A stretch of 38,609 bases of DNA from contig BNVH01000030.1 of NCBI GenBank assembly GCA_025997955.1, forward strand, positions 1 through 38,609, given 5' to 3'. Source of the stretch: Synergistales bacterium. GTDB taxonomy: Bacteria > Synergistota > Synergistia > Synergistales > Aminobacteriaceae. A program made the translations under genes and the position numbers. Below the pieces are notes generated by a model. That model was given only the letters and a program-made list of their open reading frames with translations. It made no database searches and was not told the origin of the DNA. Of this stretch, positions 36,461-38,609 are shown one piece after another (position 1 is the stretch's first letter; every line of letters begins with the position of its first letter).

Positions 36461-37645
36461 ATGATTGAGATGTTTCAGGCTTTCACGGAAGAAATTGACG
36501 ACACAGAATTCGCCGTATCGGATGTCTTGAAAAAGCTGAATTTAGAAGGCAGACTCAAGAAAAACACCCTTGGAATTTTGCACTGCTATCCTGACTTTAT
36601 AGATAGCGGAGTTGTGAAGGCCGTTTGCGCGCGGCTCCCCTTTGACGTTATTGGGTTTAGCAGTATGAGCTTCAGCGCGCCCGGTATAATGACCGCTATA
36701 GGGCTTACTATATCAGTGCTTACAAGCGACGACGTATATTTCACGGCCGGCGCGTCTCCCTCTGTCACGGAAGATATGCCGCGCGCTTTGAGCGATGTGT
36801 ATAAGCGCGTCGTTATCTCGCCCATACCGGTCGTATCTCAAAAGCCGGCTATGCTCATAGCTTTTGCTCCTTTTTTGCCAAGCGCCATAGGAGGAGACGA
36901 ATTTGTGGCTTGTCTCGACGATTTATCCAACTCCTGTCTCTTGGCCGGAATTCCGATTTTCGGCGCTCAGCCCGTTTCCAATCAACCCGACTTCAGCAAC
37001 ACCTACACTATTTACAACGGAGAGGCGTCAGAGACGTCTTTGTGCTTGGCCGCGCTTTACGGAGACGTCAACCCGATATTTGCCTGCGTGTCCGTTCTCG
37101 AAGAAAATATGCTGAAGCCCAGCGCAACGGTCACCGGGTCCGATAAGAGCGTCCTGCTTTCCGTGAATGGCGTTTCGGCTGAAGAATACCTCGTGTCCGT
37201 CGGATTGGCGCAAAATGACAATTTCAATTCTCTTGTCTCAATGCCTTTCGTGGCAGAGAACGAAGACGGCTCGAAACTTACCCGGACATGTCTTAGCGGC
37301 GACGGAAAGGGCGGCGTCGTTTTGTGCGGGAATATCCCGGTGGGTTCGAGATTGGGTTTCGCGGCTATGGGTCCAGCCGATATAGTCAAATCGACGGGCG
37401 ACAAGTTGCGCGAGGTTATGGGAATCGCGGCTGGCAAAAATCTCCTGATTTATTCGTGCGCGGTGCGCAATTGGCTGCTCGACATGAACAGTATGGCGGA
37501 GCACGAAACGGCCGGTGATATTATAGGCGATAAGGCGCCTTATCAGCTGACGTACGGCGGAGGGGAGATATTTCCGCAGTGGCTGGGCGACGGCAAAATT
37601 GTAAACCGCTTTCAAAACGACACGATGATAATATGTATACTATAG
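36461..37645 (+). CDS. FIST-domain protein (FIST_N + FIST_C putative ligand-sensing module), stand-alone.
   Basis: ~390 aa with a two-lobed organisation. The C-terminal YGGGEIFP resembles the FIST_C terminal motif. The assignment rests on pattern recall, not alignment. Confidence 0.5.
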   Translation: MIEMFQAFTEEIDDTEFAVSDVLKKLNLEGRLKKNTLGILHCYPDFIDSGVVKAVCARLPFDVIGFSSMSFSAPGIMTAIGLTISVLTSDDVYFTAGASPSVTEDMPRALSDVYKRVVISPIPVVSQKPAMLIAFAPFLPSAIGGDEFVACLDDLSNSCLLAGIPIFGAQPVSNQPDFSNTYTIYNGEASETSLCLAALYGDVNPIFACVSVLEENMLKPSATVTGSDKSVLLSVNGVSAEEYLVSVGLAQNDNFNSLVSMPFVAENEDGSKLTRTCLSGDGKGGVVLCGNIPVGSRLGFAAMGPADIVKSTGDKLREVMGIAAGKNLLIYSCAVRNWLLDMNSMAEHETAGDIIGDKAPYQLTYGGGEIFPQWLGDGKIVNRFQNDTMIICIL

Positions 37646-37653
37646 TCAAGTTA

Positions 37654-38160
37654 ATGGATGAGGGAGGCCCCATTATGTGGGTCATCCTGTTTTTGTCGGT
37701 GTTGGGTTTGTCCGTTTCTTTGGAGCGCGTTATTTTTTTCCTTTCGGCGCGGCGGCGGGTGTTGGAGTTTCGTTCCATATATGGCGGGCATATTAGCGGC
37801 GCGGAAGCTGAGATTGTGGCCGGCAGGCTTGTACGAGCCGAAATTTTCGAGTGGAGCCGACACTTGTCTATCTTGGAGATGATTGTGCGAGTAGCGCCCA
37901 TGCTTGGGCTTTTGGGGACAGTGCTTGGCATGGTGGAGATGTTTGGCGCGCTGAACGTTGGAGGCTCTATTGACGCCGCCAATGTCACGGGCGGCATCAA
38001 AGAGGCTCTTTATACGACGGTAGCGGGGCTTTGCTGCGCAGCGCCGCTTATTTTTTTGCACGGGCTTCTCGTGTCAAGCATAGACAAAAGAGAAGAAACC
38101 CTGAGCCGCGCGGCCGACCGATGGATTATGGAACAAATTTTAGAAAAAAACGATGATTAG
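37654..38160 (+). CDS. exbB: MotA/TolQ/ExbB-family proton-channel protein (short ExbB-like). An alternative start at ATG 37675 has the better RBS.
   Basis: GGPIMWVILFLSVLGLSVSLER N-terminal TM and the conserved C-terminal TM2/TM3 region (GLLGTVLGMVEMFGAL...TTVAGL). Confidence 0.75.
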   Translation: MDEGGPIMWVILFLSVLGLSVSLERVIFFLSARRRVLEFRSIYGGHISGAEAEIVAGRLVRAEIFEWSRHLSILEMIVRVAPMLGLLGTVLGMVEMFGALNVGGSIDAANVTGGIKEALYTTVAGLCCAAPLIFLHGLLVSSIDKREETLSRAADRWIMEQILEKNDD

Positions 38161-38539
38161 AAAAAAAAGAAGCGCCGATATAGATATAACGCCCCTCATT
38201 GACGTTCTTTTTATGTTGATAATATTTTTGGTTCTAACCGCGACGTTCATTCAGGGGCGAGTTGTCGTGGAACTGCCAAAGGGCGAAGGGGAAAGCGAAA
38301 AAACCGAAAATCTTCTCGTTATAAATATCTCGCGCGAAGGCTCCGTCCTATGGGGCGATGTTTTTTTGCCCGCGCCCACCAACTCGGCGGATTTGTTCCG
38401 TTTGGCGAGCGCGGCGACGGAGCGGGAAATTCTGATTGCGGGGGACGAGCATGTCCGCTATGGCGCGGTCGCCGAGCTTCTTGATATAATGCGACGCGCG
38501 GGAGTTGAGCGTTTGGGGCTTGCCTTGCGCGAAAATTAA
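38153..38539 (+). CDS. exbD: ExbD/TolR-family biopolymer transport protein. Start overlaps the exbB stop (ATGA).
   Basis: DITPLIDVLFMLIIFLVLTATF TM anchor followed by a periplasmic domain (LVINISREGSVLWGD...ILIAGDEHVRYGAVAELLDIM). Confidence 0.85.
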   Translation: MIRKKRSADIDITPLIDVLFMLIIFLVLTATFIQGRVVVELPKGEGESEKTENLLVINISREGSVLWGDVFLPAPTNSADLFRLASAATEREILIAGDEHVRYGAVAELLDIMRRAGVERLGLALREN

Positions 38540-38609
38540 CTTATAATAAGCCTTGTTTTTGCGCGAATTTTCTTAAATTCGTAGCCTTTATGTCTGGAAG
38601 TGTGTTTAC

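Noticed and set aside
22806-38539. A Zorya-like system (SNF2-type ZorD plus MotA/MotB-like ZorAB) linking the SNF2 gene and exbB/exbD
   Set aside because: The SNF2 gene and exbB/exbD are ~11 kb apart on opposite strands with unrelated genes between. ExbB here is a short ~170-aa protein without the long ZorA tail. No ZorC-like gene is present.
1-38609. CRISPR arrays, rRNA, tRNA, integrase/transposase genes or terminal inverted repeats
   Set aside because: No regularly spaced direct repeats, no rRNA/tRNA-like segments in any intergenic region, and no recombinase-like ORF were seen. The only DNA repeats are a 14-nt tandem duplication (630-657), AT-rich promoter repeats (2923-2960) and the in-frame flotillin repeats.
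38591-38609. A possible gene start (ATG 38591, MSGSVF...) after exbD that could be TonB/TolA
   Set aside because: Only 19 nt remain before the window ends. There is no RBS and the window cuts off any further evidence.

Overview
The window is a 38.6-kb chromosomal segment of a moderately GC-rich bacterium. A Gly/Ser/Cys-containing C-terminal sorting tail, a GH57+GlgB pair and extended -10 promoters fit a Synergistota-like diderm; this placement is inference only. Gene order: (1) an Uma2-family (PD-(D/E)XK) endonuclease. (2) Two tandem, divergently evolved methyl-accepting chemotaxis protein genes on the minus strand, each with its own sigma70-like promoter. (3) An orphan ABC ATPase with a TOBE domain, then a DUF1850 protein plus a fused TAXI-TRAP permease with no binding protein. 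(4) cheV (CheW+REC). (5) A long co-directional array: hypothetical - rpoD - secreted hypothetical - MFS transporter - purN - purH - flotillin (SPFH) - NfeD-like - purD - DtxR/MntR-family repressor, closed by a strong bidirectional terminator. (6) On the minus strand, a secreted M14 zinc carboxypeptidase with a C-terminal sorting signal and a 1400-aa SNF2-family helicase with a long N-terminal extension. (7) A second co-directional array: Slt-type lytic transglycosylase - FkbH-like HAD-IIIC protein - acyl carrier protein - VOC/glyoxalase-family protein (no canonical start codon) - glgB - GH57/DUF3536 - FIST-domain protein - exbB - exbD. No rRNA, tRNA, CRISPR or obvious mobile element was found. 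I could not identify a clear-cut multi-gene novel defence system. The candidates for something undescribed are the giant SNF2 protein, the A/T-richer FkbH-ACP-VOC cassette, the FIST-ExbBD coupling, and the flotillin/NfeD pair embedded in the pur operon.
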